Source of the DNA: Raja brachyura
Taxonomy: Eukaryota
DNA length: 64,000 nucleotides
Assembly (NCBI GenBank): GCA_963514005.1
Contig: OY740794.1
Coordinates: forward strand, 13,764,001-13,828,000
Direction of reading: 5' to 3'
Shown here: positions 1 to 13,734 of the stretch, piece after piece
How the letters are laid out: each line of letters begins with the position of its first letter
How positions within the stretch are numbered: the first letter of the stretch is position 1
Translations under genes and position numbers: made by a program
Notes under the pieces: model-generated
What the model was told of the DNA's origin: nothing
What the model saw: the letters and a program-made list of their open reading frames with translations, nothing else
The model's database searches: none

Positions 1-285
1 GCTGCCCATCCAACATCAATATGAACAAGCTACAATGTTTTGTAGATCAACACTGAGAGGGTGAGAGCAATATTTCCACCATTAAATTGGAACCCACCCC
101 TATTTCCATCTCTCTGCATGGATAGGTGTTTAAGTTTACATGGTAGTCCATAGGTTCAAGCCCTGCTTGACTCTCAGGTGAACTATGAGGTCCTTATCCA
201 GTCCATAAGTTATCGCTGCCTTTTTTCTTCTCAAAAACATCTGTCTCTGAAACACTCACACTAACTTTCATTGACGGCCTTGGGA

Positions 286-573
286 TGGCACAGTGGCACA
301 GCTATAGAGTTGCTGCCTTACAGCGCCAGAGATCTGACTATGGGTGCTGTGTGTATGGAGTTTTGTACGTTCTCCCCGTGACCGTGTGGGTTTTCCCCGG
401 GTGCTCCAGATTGCTCCCACACTCCAAAGATGTGCAGGTTTGAAGGCTAATTGCCTTTGATAAAGATTGTACATTTTCCCAAGTATGTAGGATAGTGTTA
501 GTGTACGGGGTAATTACAGGTCCACGTGGACTCAGTGGGCCGAAGGGCCTGTTTCTGCTCCGCATCTCTAAAT
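286..573 (+). mobile_element. tRNA-derived V-SINE (HE1-like)
   Basis: GGCACAGTGG...AGAGTTGCTGCCTTACAGCGCCAGAGA head, central GGGTGCTCCGGTTTCCTCCCAC-type domain, GGGCCGAAGGGCCTGTTTC tail shared with CR1 LINE ends. Confidence 0.85.
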
Positions 574-1026
574 ACTCCACAACCTGACTCATTCAGATTG
601 CTTCTGCCTGCATTGATTCATTTGTCTTGGCTGACTTCCCTATCCCCTGGTGCTCTGAATTCAACGCCATTCTCCAATTGTCTAGCTGTTTCTAAGACTT
701 TGTCCTTCTCCATCTTTCCAATCTCCTTGACCCCTACATCTCTGCCCAACTCTGGCTCTCTGCTCAATCTCCACCCAGTCATGTGGTCTGCTTCACAATT
801 TACTGCCCAATGTAAAAGATTGATGCACAATTAATCTATTCTATTTTGCCTCAAATCAAGTAATCAGTGAATTGTTGTGGAGCAGGAACAGACAGTTAAG
901 TATATCAGGTTAGTGTTAGAGTATAGGGTGATTACTGGTCCACATGGACACTGTGGGCCGAAGGGCCTGTTTCCGCTCAATATCTCGAAAGACTCCGTGT
1001 CTCTAAAGACTTCTATCAGTTTGACT

Positions 1027-1376
1027 TGCAGGAAGATTGTTCCCGATGTTGGGGAGGTCCTGGACAAGGGGGTCACAGCTTAAGGATAAGGGGGAAATCC
1101 TTTAGGACCGAGATGAGAAGGACTTTTTTCACACAGAGAGTGGTGGGTCTCTGGAACTCTCTGCCACAGAGGGTAGTTGAGGCTAGTTCATTGGCTATAT
1201 TTAAGAGGGAGTTAGATGTGGCCCTTTTGGCTAAGGGGATCAGGGGTTATGGAGAGAAGGCAGGTACGGGATACTGAGTTGGATGATCAGCCATGATCAT
1301 ATTGAATGGCGGTGCAGGCTCGAAGGGCCGAATGGCCTACTCCTGCACCTAATTTCTATGTTTCTATGTTTCTATG
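1027..1376 (+). mobile_element. CR1 (HER1-like) LINE 3' fragment
   Basis: RT C-terminus GHSLRIRGKSFRTEMRRTFFTQRVVGLWNSLP, 3' UTR and (TTTCTATG)n tail. Confidence 0.9.
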
Positions 1377-1825
1377 ACTCTTACCCAAAAACTCAGCAAG
1401 TCACGATGGAACATGATGCATCTTATAAACAGGTAGGCAACAAATGAAACTACAGGGCATCCCAGCTTGATCTGAGAGTAGTAGCACTCTCCCTAAGAAG
1501 TCTTGAGGATTTTCTACATCGAAGTCTCTAACTGCCCTTCATAGCTTCAATCAATGTAGCAGATAAATCTCAATCTCCAGCTCATTATTGAAGACACAAT
1601 TAGTATCCTATAATTCCTATGTTATTTTAGTAAGGACACACTGAGGTCTGACTCTGATTAACCGAAAGTCATTCTGTTTCTCAATTGAATTGTATTTTCC
1701 CTAAGAGTGACAAAATATGGATGCCATTTTCTTTATTACATAATGGATATTATCAGAAGAAAATGCATTGGAATTGTTAGTGTTGCTGCTGGCATCATTC
1801 TCTACGAGCGGGGAAATGTAATTAC

Positions 1826-1992
1826 CTGCAGGTATACCGCTCCTTGCCCTTTCGCAGCAGGCTCTCTGGAATGACAGACGGGGGAGCCCTAAAATCAAAC
1901 ATTGAGGGGACGGAGCGGAGGAGGTCGTTGGCTTCTGGCTTCAATGAACTGAAACCTTCCAGCTTCTCTGCCATGTTCTCAATCGCTGACAT
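1826..1992 (-). CDS. MECOM: MECOM coding exon (leading into zinc finger 8)
   Basis: catgtcag|ATG TCA GCG ATT ... ACC TGC AG|gtaat. [56 protein letters not shown]. 167 nt, phase 0 to 2. The gene continues beyond the window start. Confidence 0.96.
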
Positions 1993-2213
1993 CTGACATG
2001 CAGGGGAAAGAAGTGGAGGGGAAGGAGAAAATAAATTACATTTTTCCTTCAAGAGTTACACACCTTATTGGAAAACACATGCATTCATTCCAACATCTTA
2101 ACTAATTAAGTTATGGTTTGCAAAGCAAATCATTGACACCTTTTTTAAATATTTAAACATAAAAAAGTAAATAAGTTTATTATGTAAATCGCGACAGCTT
2201 TGTCCATTTTTGC

Positions 2214-2517
2214 AGCACAGTGGTGCAGCGGTAGAATTCTGCCTTACAGTGCCAGAGATCCAGGTTCGATCCTGACTGCCAGTGGCATCTGGATGGAGTT
2301 TGCACGTTCTTCCGTGACCTACGTGGGTTTTCTCCGGGTGCTCCGGTTTCCTCCCACTTTCCAAAGACGTTCAGATTTGTAGGTTAATTAGCTTTCTGTA
2401 AAATTGCACATTGTCCCTAAGGTGTGCAGGATAGTGTTATGTGCGGGGATCGCTGGTCGGTGCGGACTCAATGGGCCGAAGGGCCTGTTTGCGCAATGTA
2501 TCTCTAAATTAGACTGA
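2214..2517 (+). mobile_element. tRNA-derived V-SINE (HE1-like)
   Basis: A box TGGTGCAGCGG, B box GGTTCGATCC, central domain and CR1-like tail. Confidence 0.88.
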
Positions 2518-3741
2518 AGTGGGGAAGCAGTCTTGTTCAGTGGGAATTTATTGGTGATGTTTCTTTAGAATTTGTCTCCTTTTTCTGTCAGGAGGTCGCT
2601 GGTGTAGTTATTCTTCCACCAATTAATTGTTTACATTCACAGTAAACACCTTTAGTCCATAACTTGCCGACTGACCCAGCCGCCCACTCTCTTCTTTCAC
2701 ACTATAAGTCTCGGCACTAGTTACAAATTGCATTGTACAAGGCACCTCTGCCAATTTGCGAAATGTCTTTCATCAAACATTTGAAAATCTCTAAGGAAAG
2801 TCTAGATGCATTTACTTGTCACACGGCAAATGTGAAAGCACTGGAAGGCACTGGGGTCTGCCTGCTCTCAAGCTTGATTCATAATCATTCATAGCTGCTA
2901 AAACATTCCTTGCACAATGCAACTGGACAGCACATTTGTCAATATGAAGGATACTGACATCGCAGATCAAAGGGCAGACATAGGTAATAATGATGCTGCT
3001 ATGTTACAAGGGAATTCTTCCCACTACTAGCCAGTGTTTTCTCAATCTATAAAGATACATGTAAGGTTGCATTTATATTTTTGAGCTGTATAATTTTATA
3101 TTCAATATTGCATTCTAGTTTCTGTACAAAACATAATTTAATAAAGGTATTGTTTTATTAAAATTAAGGTAACTAATTAGAAATTAATGAATAGGTAAAT
3201 CTTTTAGTTGTGACACCTTCTTATTGGAAAGTGGTGGAAAGGTCACATACTAGTTAAGGGAAAGGATAATGAATACACAGGAAGTTATTTTATTAATAAT
3301 TCATACGCAGAAGCAGTTTCGGGAAAATGGTTTTGAAATAAATCATTCCACGAACAAGAGCAGTTTTTTTCTTAAATAAGATATGTCGTTATTATGCCGA
3401 CCCATTTTAACAGGGTAATATCCATCGACTCAGAGGGGGATTTCACGTTAATACAATTGCTCGGGTTCAGGGGAAGGTTGATGGGAGGCAGATATTTAGG
3501 CAGCAGCTATTACATCATGTAAGAAAGTGGGATAAATTCAATGATCCTTGCTTGAAATGTCTATGAAGTCTCTCAATTTACCCAATGTGCTGCATTCGTC
3601 ACTATCTTAAAAATGCTTCCAATTTGGTGCAATATTTCCTTCATGGTTCATTCCATAAATTAAAAATCACCCAATTGCTGTTGCAGTCAAATCCAATCAA
3701 AGTGATAGAACACATAATGTAGTGACTGCAGTAAGGTGTTC

Positions 3742-4026
3742 TAAGGATAAGGAGGAATTCCTTTAGGACCGAGATGAGGAAAACATTCTTTACACAGAGA
3801 GTGGTGAGTCTCTGGAATTCTCTGCCACAGAAGGTAGTTGAGGCCAGTTCATTGGCTATATTTAAGAGGGCGTTAGATGTGGCACTTGTGGCTAAAGGGA
3901 TCAGGGGGTATGGAGAGAAGGCAGGTACGGGATACTGAGTTGGATGATCAGCCATGATCGCATTGAATGGTGGTGCAGGCTCGAAGGGCCGAATGGCCTA
4001 CTTGTGCACCTATTTTTCTATGTTTC
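3742..4026 (+). mobile_element. CR1 LINE 3' fragment
   Basis: Near-identical to 1081-1365. TAAGGTGT repeated at 3732-3739 and 4027-4034 (likely TSD). Confidence 0.9.
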
Positions 4027-5436
4027 TAAGGTGTAAATAGAATAAGACTGTTACACTTGCAAAAGATAAATTACTTAGGGGCAAAATTGTATTTAATATT
4101 TACCATCTGTATATATCCATTTTCACATGATATTAATATTCAATACTTATTGTTTGAAAACATTGTGATAAGAGTTTCAAAGGCATGAATAACAAATGTT
4201 AATCGCAAAATAAAGTGAGGATTCTTTAATGTTCAGGTATTGTAAGGGGAAGGGTTACTCTGCCCATTCAGAATGGCGAGGCTGTAAATGCGTTATTTTT
4301 GTGTTGTATGTAAAATGAATGCAAAGCAACAACACTGCTATTCAATCTACTGTCCATGAGTAGAAAGAATGTTTTAGGCGTTAGCAGAGGATAGAACAGG
4401 TCGAGGAGTTCTTGAAAAGGGAATAACCTATTCCCAGTACCTGCAAAACACAAGACTGATCCTACTGATGTACTTCCACAATCATTGCAGGAAAACTGTG
4501 GGATTAATGTACCGGCCAGATTGAATTTGAAAACTAAAACATTTCTACAAGCCTTGTCATTCATCTGGATTAATGCAGGTGAAGAAAAAGCTAAGATCCA
4601 TCATATTTGTAATATAAAGTGATTGCTTATATTAATCAATACGATGTGATCAAACTTTGATTCCTTAACAAATGCCATTAAAAATATGCATTAGCATTAG
4701 AGAGAAATATTACCTTTTTTTAAAAGCATTGATTTGATAAAAAGCAGTAGTACAACAACAAAAAAACTTTAAAAAACATATTCATTCAAAGGGAACAAAC
4801 TCAAAGCAGTTATAGCCCAGTACAGATGTAAGACATGGCAGCATTTCTTAGCAGCTAAATAATTTGTGATTTACTTTCTCACAATCACTGATCTTATCTC
4901 CAGCCAGATGTCTGAATAAGGAAATAATGCCACTCCCTTCGAATCCCACAGAGGCTGTTAACCTTGCACTGATGCAATTCGGCATTAAACTCTATTCCCA
5001 GCACAAATCAAGTATGCAGACGTCGCCATTATTGGACAAAAGCAAATATTTATAAACTTTTTTTGTAAAATCATAGATATGATCAACAATGGACTGAGCA
5101 ATTATCACAGACTCTGCTATTCACAGGCCCTAATCTATAGGTGACAGAAATAAATACAAGTGGTTTTGAGAGGCTCTGATATAGTTTTGGTTACCAGATG
5201 GAGTGATTTATAACTCGGTCTACTGTGTGAAATACTTAAAGACTTCTTGTGATTATGGTAATGTAATCTGCTCCCAAAGTAACATGGCAAACATTTACAT
5301 TTTTATTTAGTGGAGGGTAGGGAAGAGGAGGGAGAGTGGGAGATTTTAAATCATCCTGAGTTATGCACCAATTTAATAAACTTTTCATTTTGATCCTTAT
5401 GAATTATGGTTTGGAATTATAAGCAGAGGAACTTAC

Positions 5437-5463
5437 CCAAATTCTCTGATCTGGCAAGCGGAA
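5437..5463 (-). CDS. MECOM: MECOM 27-nt microexon (Rp9 exon)
   Basis: ctactccctag|TTC CGC TTG CCA GAT CAG AGA ATT TGG|gtaagt = FRLPDQRIW, compared with mammalian FQLPDQRTW. Phase 0 to 0, in the expected position. Confidence 0.92.
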
Positions 5464-5917
5464 CTAGGGAGTAGGACCAAAATACAAAAATAAATTACAA
5501 TCCACAAACTGTGACTCTTTCAGCTGCCATAATTGTTTACAAATGACAAATGATATTGTTTGCATTATCCTCTGATGAGATTTTAATTTTCCGAAAATCT
5601 TAAAGATCAGTTATTAGATTGGTCTCAAGTAATTACTGCACAATGTGCTTTAGATGTTAGATTGATGATACCATGTATATTTCTTAACGCCAGCATAAAG
5701 GTAAGTGCAGCATCAAATAGGTAATGTCCAGGATAGCTAGATTCTGAAACATCATCATTTCTGTCTATTTACTGTCATCTTGTTACAATGAATTACTTAA
5801 CAGGGATTATTTTGGTTCCAGATATCATTCAAGAATCTGCATTACTCGTTTTAACTCATACCATTTAACCATTTACTGTTGGTTTAATCATTACTGAGTA
5901 AAACTGAGAAACATTTT

Positions 5918-6232
5918 GCACAGTGGCGCAGTTACCACAGCTATTGTTGCACAATTCCAGTTTCCTAGGGTTATGGCCAACTCTGGTGCTGGTTGTGCGG
6001 ATGGTCTACATGTGTGTGACCTTGTCGGCTTCTGCCCACATCCCAAAGCCATGCAGGTCGGGAGATTTTGGCCATTGTAAGTTGCCCCTAATATGTAGGT
6101 GAGTGGTGGAATCTGGAGGAGAGTTGATAAGAATGTGGAGAGAATAAAATGGGATTAATGCAAGATTAATGTAACTGATCAGCATGGTGGTCAGCGTGCT
6201 CTCGGTTGGCCCGTTTCCTTATTGTATGACTT
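5918..6232 (+). mobile_element. Older V-SINE copy
   Basis: Diverged head, central domain and tail. Confidence 0.7.
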
Positions 6233-9200
6233 TAGCTGTGAATGCAACTATGAACATGGGAACTTTTTCCAAATATCAAGTAGTGGATTTGTAACAGACA
6301 ATGATGGAAATGCCCACAAGATCAAGCAACATCAGTGGAAAGGAAAATAGCTCTAGATTCAGGTCCAAGGTCCTTCGGCTGACAAAGTGTCTCGGACATG
6401 AAACATTAACTGAGCTGCTGAGTATTTCCAGCATCTTCTGTTTTACCTCGGATCTGCAGCATCTGCAGTTTTATTTTATGCTCATTGAACCCCTGGATAC
6501 CCTCCCCTGACCATACTTCAGGTCAGTTGATCAATACTCAACTTACCAAAGACAGATCCCCTTTTATGGTATCCGATATCACTCAAGCTGCATGAATTAG
6601 GAACAGTGACTATACTAAACATAAACATTTTGATTTGGAAATTAAATCCAGTTAATATAATTCTGAGATGAAAGGAATTACCATTCTAATGACATAATTA
6701 AATCAACAATTGCAAGTAAATGTTTCATTATTTTACTGTGTTACTCTCTTTTTTATATGATCTGCTCGGCCAGATGACATTTAGTGAGCATTAAGTATGC
6801 AGCAACACACCAGAGTAGTTTTTAGTGTGTGAGGAATCAAACTAGGTTTCATAATTGTGGAGATGGATTCAAGATTTCAAATATATAAAAGGCACCAATT
6901 AGATATGCATTGTTTAGAATTGTTTTGCCTCGAGTAATAAAGTAAGAAGATTTACTTTTACAAAAAGTCATTTTAAAATGCATTCAATCAAATATAAATT
7001 CTTGAGTCCTGGAGCAAAAGTTGGAAATATGGACTCTCATGACATTAACAATAATTATGATGATTAAAAAAAAGAGTTTTACAACCAGTCTAGAAGGCTG
7101 TTAGATTAGTAGAGTAAATGACATTTTGGAAAGAGGTACAAGTGGTCATCAAAAATGCTGCAGAAAAATCGCTTTCTTTATTTGTGTTTAAAGAAGAAGA
7201 GAGATTGTCAACAATTCTGCAGAAGACGAGACCTCACTAAATCACCGCGCACATCTGTCCCAATTTCACTGATGTTGCTTCAGCACCTTGTCATAGAGGC
7301 TAGTCATGTGGTTTCCACCAGCCAAGAATATTGTGTGCAAGTGTCTTGCAGTCACTGCCTGATAAAGCTCGTGATTGTCATTGACTGACGGGATTTCCAG
7401 GAAGTGCATCTAACAATAGTCATTTGCCCAATTCCTATTAGTTGATGAGAATCCGAGAGATTTGATCCTTATAGATTAGTGTTTGTATTAAATATAACTG
7501 TGCATTGGGCTAATTCTCAACAATTAGTTGCAACAATTTTAAAATGGTCCACCGAGTAAATTAAGAACAATGTATGCTGCAGAAATGACCGGCTATCTGG
7601 ACATTTAGCTAAAATGGACATTATTAGCCTTCATCAAAGAATGACATAGCATTTGTCCATTTGGTTTATGGCAGCTTAAATCCTGTATCATTATAAAAAA
7701 GTACTCCATTGCTCTTATATTCATACTGTAATTATGGTTATCAATGTGATTTATAATCATTATATCCACGTTAAATATCACAATCTTTGCCAATGGACTG
7801 TTAATCTTAAACAGTGAAACATGTTAGTAAGAAAATGAAAGAGCTGTCACACCAGATGTTTTAGGAACCTATGTAACAATATTACTTTGGATCTAAATTA
7901 TTATACATAAATCAGAAAGAATTTCAATACCCATTCTTTCAATTCACAGAACTGTCCAAAGAATTGCAAGACTGCAATCTGGTGGTTATTTTCCAATCAA
8001 TAGAATGCACCACTTCATTTATTACCACTCCATTTATATATAGCAATGAAAGGAAATTAACATGAAATTCAACCAGTTCAAAATTCCACCATAACTCTGG
8101 CATTATTTTTTTTGCCAGCTGGTGATTAATCTGTTTGGACAAAAGTGCAGTAGTAACCTCATGAATATTTCAAATACAAGGGCTACAGTAACATTAACCA
8201 TTTCTTTCTCGGGATCCTGGCTACCACTGCCCAGAATGGGTGGCAGGTCTGATGGGTAGAAAGGTGAGTGGAGGGAAGAGGTGATTGAGTGGAGAGGACC
8301 AGAATGCTGTATTACTCCTAGGGGATAGGTAAAAATGACCAAGACCACTTTGCTATAAAATTTGCCAGTTGATTGGATTTCATATTGTTAGTTGAACGTT
8401 CGATGCACATGATGAAAGAGGTGACTGGTCTTTGCACTGATCAGCTGGAATAGGGTGTTATTTTTGATCTGCCAATAAAAGGGGATGCAGTGAATATTAA
8501 AGGATTAATCTTTATTTAGAGCATACAGTTATATGCATACTCATCATGATATCAATGCCAGACAACTGGTTGGGTTTCAAATCAACAGTGCTCCATATAC
8601 CATTTTACAATACATTCTACAATGGAAACTTGTGTTTATGTCACAACTTTGGAAGGAGGATAGTTGTTGGTAACAATGTCCGCTCATTCCAACTGCAGAG
8701 AGTGAAGGGGATACAAACATCCCCATGCTTTGTTCCTAAGTTTATCTAATGTCTTTGAGGGGAGAAACTGGAATGCAGCCTTGCCGGATATAGCTTAACT
8801 TTAATACTAAATGTTCATTTAAGTCCAGATGAATTAAACCATCTGAAGGATCATAGGTGATTTCATTTTTGCAAGAAAGTGAAGTTGTACGGTGAAGAAG
8901 GCTAGCATCAGTTTAGATCATAGAAGATCCAAAGAGTACATTCTGAGTCACAGATTTGGATAATTGGACATTGTGCAGAATGCTTGAACCACTCATGTCT
9001 ATGACCAGGATTGGAAGCACTCATTAGGCATCCAGAATGTTCTAAAAAGGATGTGAACAGAAAAGGTAAATGAGGGGGGAGGGGGATCAAATGAATACTT
9101 TTGAAATTTGGGAACATATTGAGATGGATATTATAAGATTGGGTGAATCATTCAAAAAACTGGAACAAACACAGACTCAACTGGACACAAAGTGCTAAAA

Positions 9201-11302
9201 ATACCTCAGCAGGTTAGGCAGCATCTTTGGAGAACATGGATTTGTGATGTTTCGGGTTGGGACCCTCAAAAACATCACCTATCCGTGTTCTCCAGAGATG
9301 CTGCCAGTCCCGCTGAGCTTTGTTTGTGTTAACCAGCATCTGCAGCTCCTTGTTTCTACTGTCTTAACTCCCATGGTTGTGTGCTGTAATCTCCTTGATT
9401 AGAAACAAGGGCTGTGTTTCTTAATTGTCATTGTTAAGAATGGCTGATGCACTCATTCCGAACTGCAATAGGACAAAATGGTTCCCTTGATCACTGGCTT
9501 GGACTGATCTTCCACACAGGTTGAGGTACGCAGCACCATCACTTAAATAGCTGCGAACAGTGCTTTCAAAACTGGATATGCACAGGCTTGTGTATACTGA
9601 TGTCTTAAAATTGACCCAGTTGTCATGGAACTTGTCTTGGGACATGAACGCACCAAGTTCTACTGCACTAGTGCAGGAAACTGACACTGAGGCAGCATGC
9701 AGGAAGCATTTCAGCAGTATTGCAGTACAACTGCACGGCATGAAACTATACAGCTGATCGGACATTACTTGGTCAAATATTTCCAAAAAGTATGAATGCA
9801 GAAACCTTTATTTCAGATTAGATTGACCACCAAAGATATAATCCTTTCTTATTATTTGTTTCTCTCTCGATTTGGTGATTGTGAACTACTATTTCTCATC
9901 TGTTTCTTATTCCTATAGTCAGAACACTCTGTGCTCTGATGTGAATGAATGCATTTGCCATGGTATATTTTGTTTCTAGTTAAGGTCTTTGAGTAAGTGA
10001 TATCACAGCAGGCTACCCTTATGAAATGGTTCCCATGTGACAGAAAAAAATAGTATCTTTATACTGTAGTCTTATACATGAGGGAGGGGAGTCATGAATC
10101 TGCACTCTGACATTTCTAACCCGCAAAACACTTTTAAAAATAGATATTGAAACCACTAATTTTTACTGCCACCATATCTTTTCCTACTGTTGGAAGGAGA
10201 AAACATGAAAATGCCTTCCCTGATTGCCTGCAGACACTCATTATGTGGTTAACTAATAAGTGATGAAGAATTGTCCAGCTAATGTTTCACTAGCAAAATG
10301 CCACCTCTGGTGCAAACAGACCAAATTATGCCTTAAGGGAACTAGGCTTGGCCTGACACAGCTTGAGGTTGGAACATAGGCGCGTGGGACAAAAGGAGTC
10401 AATATTTGACCATTACTTTGGACATTTTCCGGATAATCGGTGTTGCGATGCAGCCATTGATGACAAGACTGGCACCCTTAGTTCTAAGTCGCCCTGGAGA
10501 CTTGGTAGTTGTGGTGTGCAATCTTTCTGATCAGCAGCAGTTTGTGGTGGTAAAGCATTTCTGCAATGCTGGAGGCAGGTAGTGCTGGGATTGTGACCCG
10601 CCACTGACGAAGAAGGGTCTCATATATATTCAGTGGCATCTACCTTCAACGTAAAAGGGCCCACAACTTCAAGTTTTCCATTTCAATTTGCCTATTCCTT
10701 TTCTCCATAGATGCTGCCTCACCCGCAAAGTTTCTCCAGCATTTTTGTCTACCCTATATATTACATTACATTCAGTTTGGAAGTGATGGCATTTTGAAAT
10801 GTCTTGGGAAGTTTTCTCAAAATGCAACATACATGTAAATTGCTCTTCTTCCTTGATAATGCAGCAAAAGGCCACTTTGTTTGCAGTTTGTATGAAAAAA
10901 ATGAAAGAAACATTCATTGGTAAAGGACAGGTTCATGTCTGTTGGACCTCGATGGAGATACCTTGCAGCATAATGTTCTAAAAGAAATGAGCTCTAACAG
11001 CACTGGAGTGAACAAGAACTGTTCAATCATGCTGTAGATGTGTTTCAAACATTATACAAACCAGTATTTTGGTGAGAGAGTTTGGGCAGTACAGGACGCA
11101 AACAGTTGTGTCGCTATCTCAGAGCTTCAGGTTTAATCCTGACCTCTGGAGTTGTTGGTGGTGGAGCCTACTTGTTTCTCCTGTGACTATGTTGGGTTTT
11201 CTACTGGATGCTCCAGCTTCCTCCCAAATACCATGCATGTGCAGATTGGGCTGTTCTCAATGTGTTGATGAGTGGTACAATCTGAGTGGACTTGAAGAAT
11301 AT

Positions 11303-11615
11303 TGAGGGTAGGGAAGATTCAAACAAGAGGGCATGACATGAGAATTAAGGGACAGAAGTTTAGGGGTAACATGAGGGGGAACTTCTTTACTCAGAGAGTG
11401 GTGGCTGTGTGGAATGATCTTCCAGCAGAAGTGGTGGAGGCAGGATCGTTTTTAACATTTAAAAGTAAAGTGGATAGGTATATGGACGAGAAGGGAATGG
11501 AGGGGTATGGTCTGAGTGCAGGTAGTTGGGACTATGGGGAAAGTAAATGGTCGGCACGGACTGGAAGGGCCAAGAGGGCCTGTTTCCATGCTGTAATTGT
11601 TATATGTTATATGTT
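11303..11615 (+). mobile_element. CR1 LINE 3' fragment (second subfamily) nested in an old V-SINE (about 11095-11710)
   Basis: TRGHDMRIKGQKFRGNMRGNFFTQRVVAVWNDLP and (GTTATAT)n tail. Confidence 0.85.
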
Positions 11616-11759
11616 AATATGTGGGGAGAATATAGTGCGATCGATGTGGGTGTGTGCTAAATATCGCTGTGGACTCCATGGGCCTGTTTCCATATCCTAT
11701 GACTATAATAAAACTGTAACTGTGTAGAACAGGGTCTTTTTTACTAAGGATAGCAGAAG

Positions 11760-11978
11760 GCAGACACAAATGCTGAGGTAACACAGCAGGACAGGATGCA
11801 TCTCTGGATAGGAGGAATAGGTGACTTTTCGGGTCGAGACCCATCCCTGAAGAAGAGTCTTGACCCTAAAACGCCACTCATTCCTTCTATCCAGAGATGC
11901 TGCCTGTCCCACTGAGTTACTCCAGCATTTTGTGTCTGTCTTCAGTGTAAACCAGCATCAGCAGTTCCTTCCTACACA
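11760..11978. mobile_element. Fold-back Penelope-terminus mini-insertion
   Basis: GACACAAATGCTG...GGTGACTTTTCGGGTCGAGACCC followed by CTGAAGAAGAGTCTTGACCCTAAAAC...CAGCATTTTGTGTC. Confidence 0.78.
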
Positions 11979-12877
11979 AAGCTAAAGACAGTCAGTTCTG
12001 TCTAATTGGCAATAAAAAGCATGGTTGTCAGGTCACGAAGACCCAAGATTTGGAGCCCATTATGAAAAACTACGGGAAGAAGATGTACCCCAGGATGAGA
12101 CGAGGACGAGTTGTAAATTACACAACAGAAATGGAAAACTTGAAGTTGTTGGGCCCTTTTACGTTGAAGGAAGATGCCACTGAATATATATGATTTTGGA
12201 AGATCATCCTATTTTGCAGGACACCTATTCCCTGATCTTGAGGAAATAGATACCTAAATGAAATATAAAATCAGTTGAAACAATGGGTTGTATTCATTGT
12301 CAAGGCATCTTGATAACCATTCCAATGACACATTGTACAGCTCCGAGATATCTATATCCGGGCTAGTTTTATTCAGTTGACATTACAGCTGTGTGAATTC
12401 AAATTTTCCTCAGAGGAAAATGTTTTTTTTTACAATTCTATCAAAAGGGTATGGGTGCATAATGGACATGTCACTGGCTATGTAATATGAACCTACCAAA
12501 TTATCATGAAAATCAACATGGATTACTAATGTCCTTCAGGAAGAAAATCTGCTGTCCTTACATGGTCTGCCCTACATATAACTCCAGATTGAGACTCAAA
12601 TAAATGTCATTTGAAATGACCCATCAAATTGTTTCACTACATGGACAACAACTTTGTGATGGAAATTCAGGAAATCAATTCTGGCCTTTCCAGGTACACT
12701 CTCATCTACGCATGAATTTTAAAAATACTGTCTGGTGGTTTCTCGAACTGATCAAGAACATTGCTTTTACTCTGGGATGGCAAGGTGAAGTATATTCAAC
12801 ATCACTCCACTAACTTTAAAAATACTGTGGAACATCATGAACTAGCATCTCCTTCCTCCCCAACCCAATACCATCTA

Positions 12878-13507
12878 ACTTTCATAGCAAAAGGATTTGA
12901 GTATAGGAGCAGGGAGGTTCTACTTCAGTTGTATAGGATCTTGGTGAGACCACACCTGGAGTATTGCGTACAGTTCTGGTCTCCAAATCTGAGGAAGGAC
13001 ATTATTGCCATAGAGGGAGTGCAGAGAAGGTTCACCAGACTGATTCCTGGGATGTCAGGACTGTCTTATGAAGAAAGACTGGATAGACTCGGTTTATACT
13101 CTCCAGAATTTAGGAGATTCAGAGGGAATCTTATAGAAACGTACAAAATTCTTAAGGGGTTGGACAGGCTAGATGCAGGAAGATTGTTCCCGATGTTGGG
13201 GAGGTCCAGGACAAGGGGTCACAGCTTAAGGATAAGAGGGAAATCCTTTAGGACCGAGATGAGGACTTTTTTCACACAGAGTGGTGGGTCTCTGGAACTC
13301 TCTGCCACAGAGGGAAGTTGAGGCCAGTTCATTGGCTATATTTAAGAGGGAGTTCGATGTGGCCCTCGTGGCTAAGGGGATCAGAGGGTATGGAGAGAAG
13401 GCAGGTGTGGGATACTGAGTTGGATGATCAGCCATGATCATATTGAATGGTGGTGCAGGCTCGAAGGGCCGAATGGCCTACTCCTGCATCTAATTTCTAT
13501 GTTTCTA
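12878..13507 (+). mobile_element. CR1 LINE 3' fragment
   Basis: LYRILVRPHLEYCVQFWSP...IEGVQRRFTRLIPG...YEERL, CR1 ORF2 C-terminus plus 3' UTR. Confidence 0.93.
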
Positions 13508-13734
13508 AAGGTGCTCTAAAGTCTCAGGTGGATTAAATTGAGAGTCATGCTTGAATGTCTAGTGGATGATTTGCAAACAAACTCTAGCATCAAGGTGGGA
13601 GAAGGATGTCAAACTACATAATTTGTTTAATATGCAGAGTATCAGGTTCTTGACTGTTATTTGCTTCAAATAAAACAAAGGGAATGGACATAAACACAAA
13701 GTGCTGGAGGAACTCCAGGTTAACACAGGTTAAT

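Noticed and set aside
2214-2280. tRNA-like A and B boxes
   Set aside because: SINE heads, with no cloverleaf tRNA gene.
7900-9790. Possible exons or ORFs in moderately GC-rich patches (also 20660-21350)
   Set aside because: They look like very old LINE remnants. No place for them in the phase-consistent exon chain, and the family could not be assigned.
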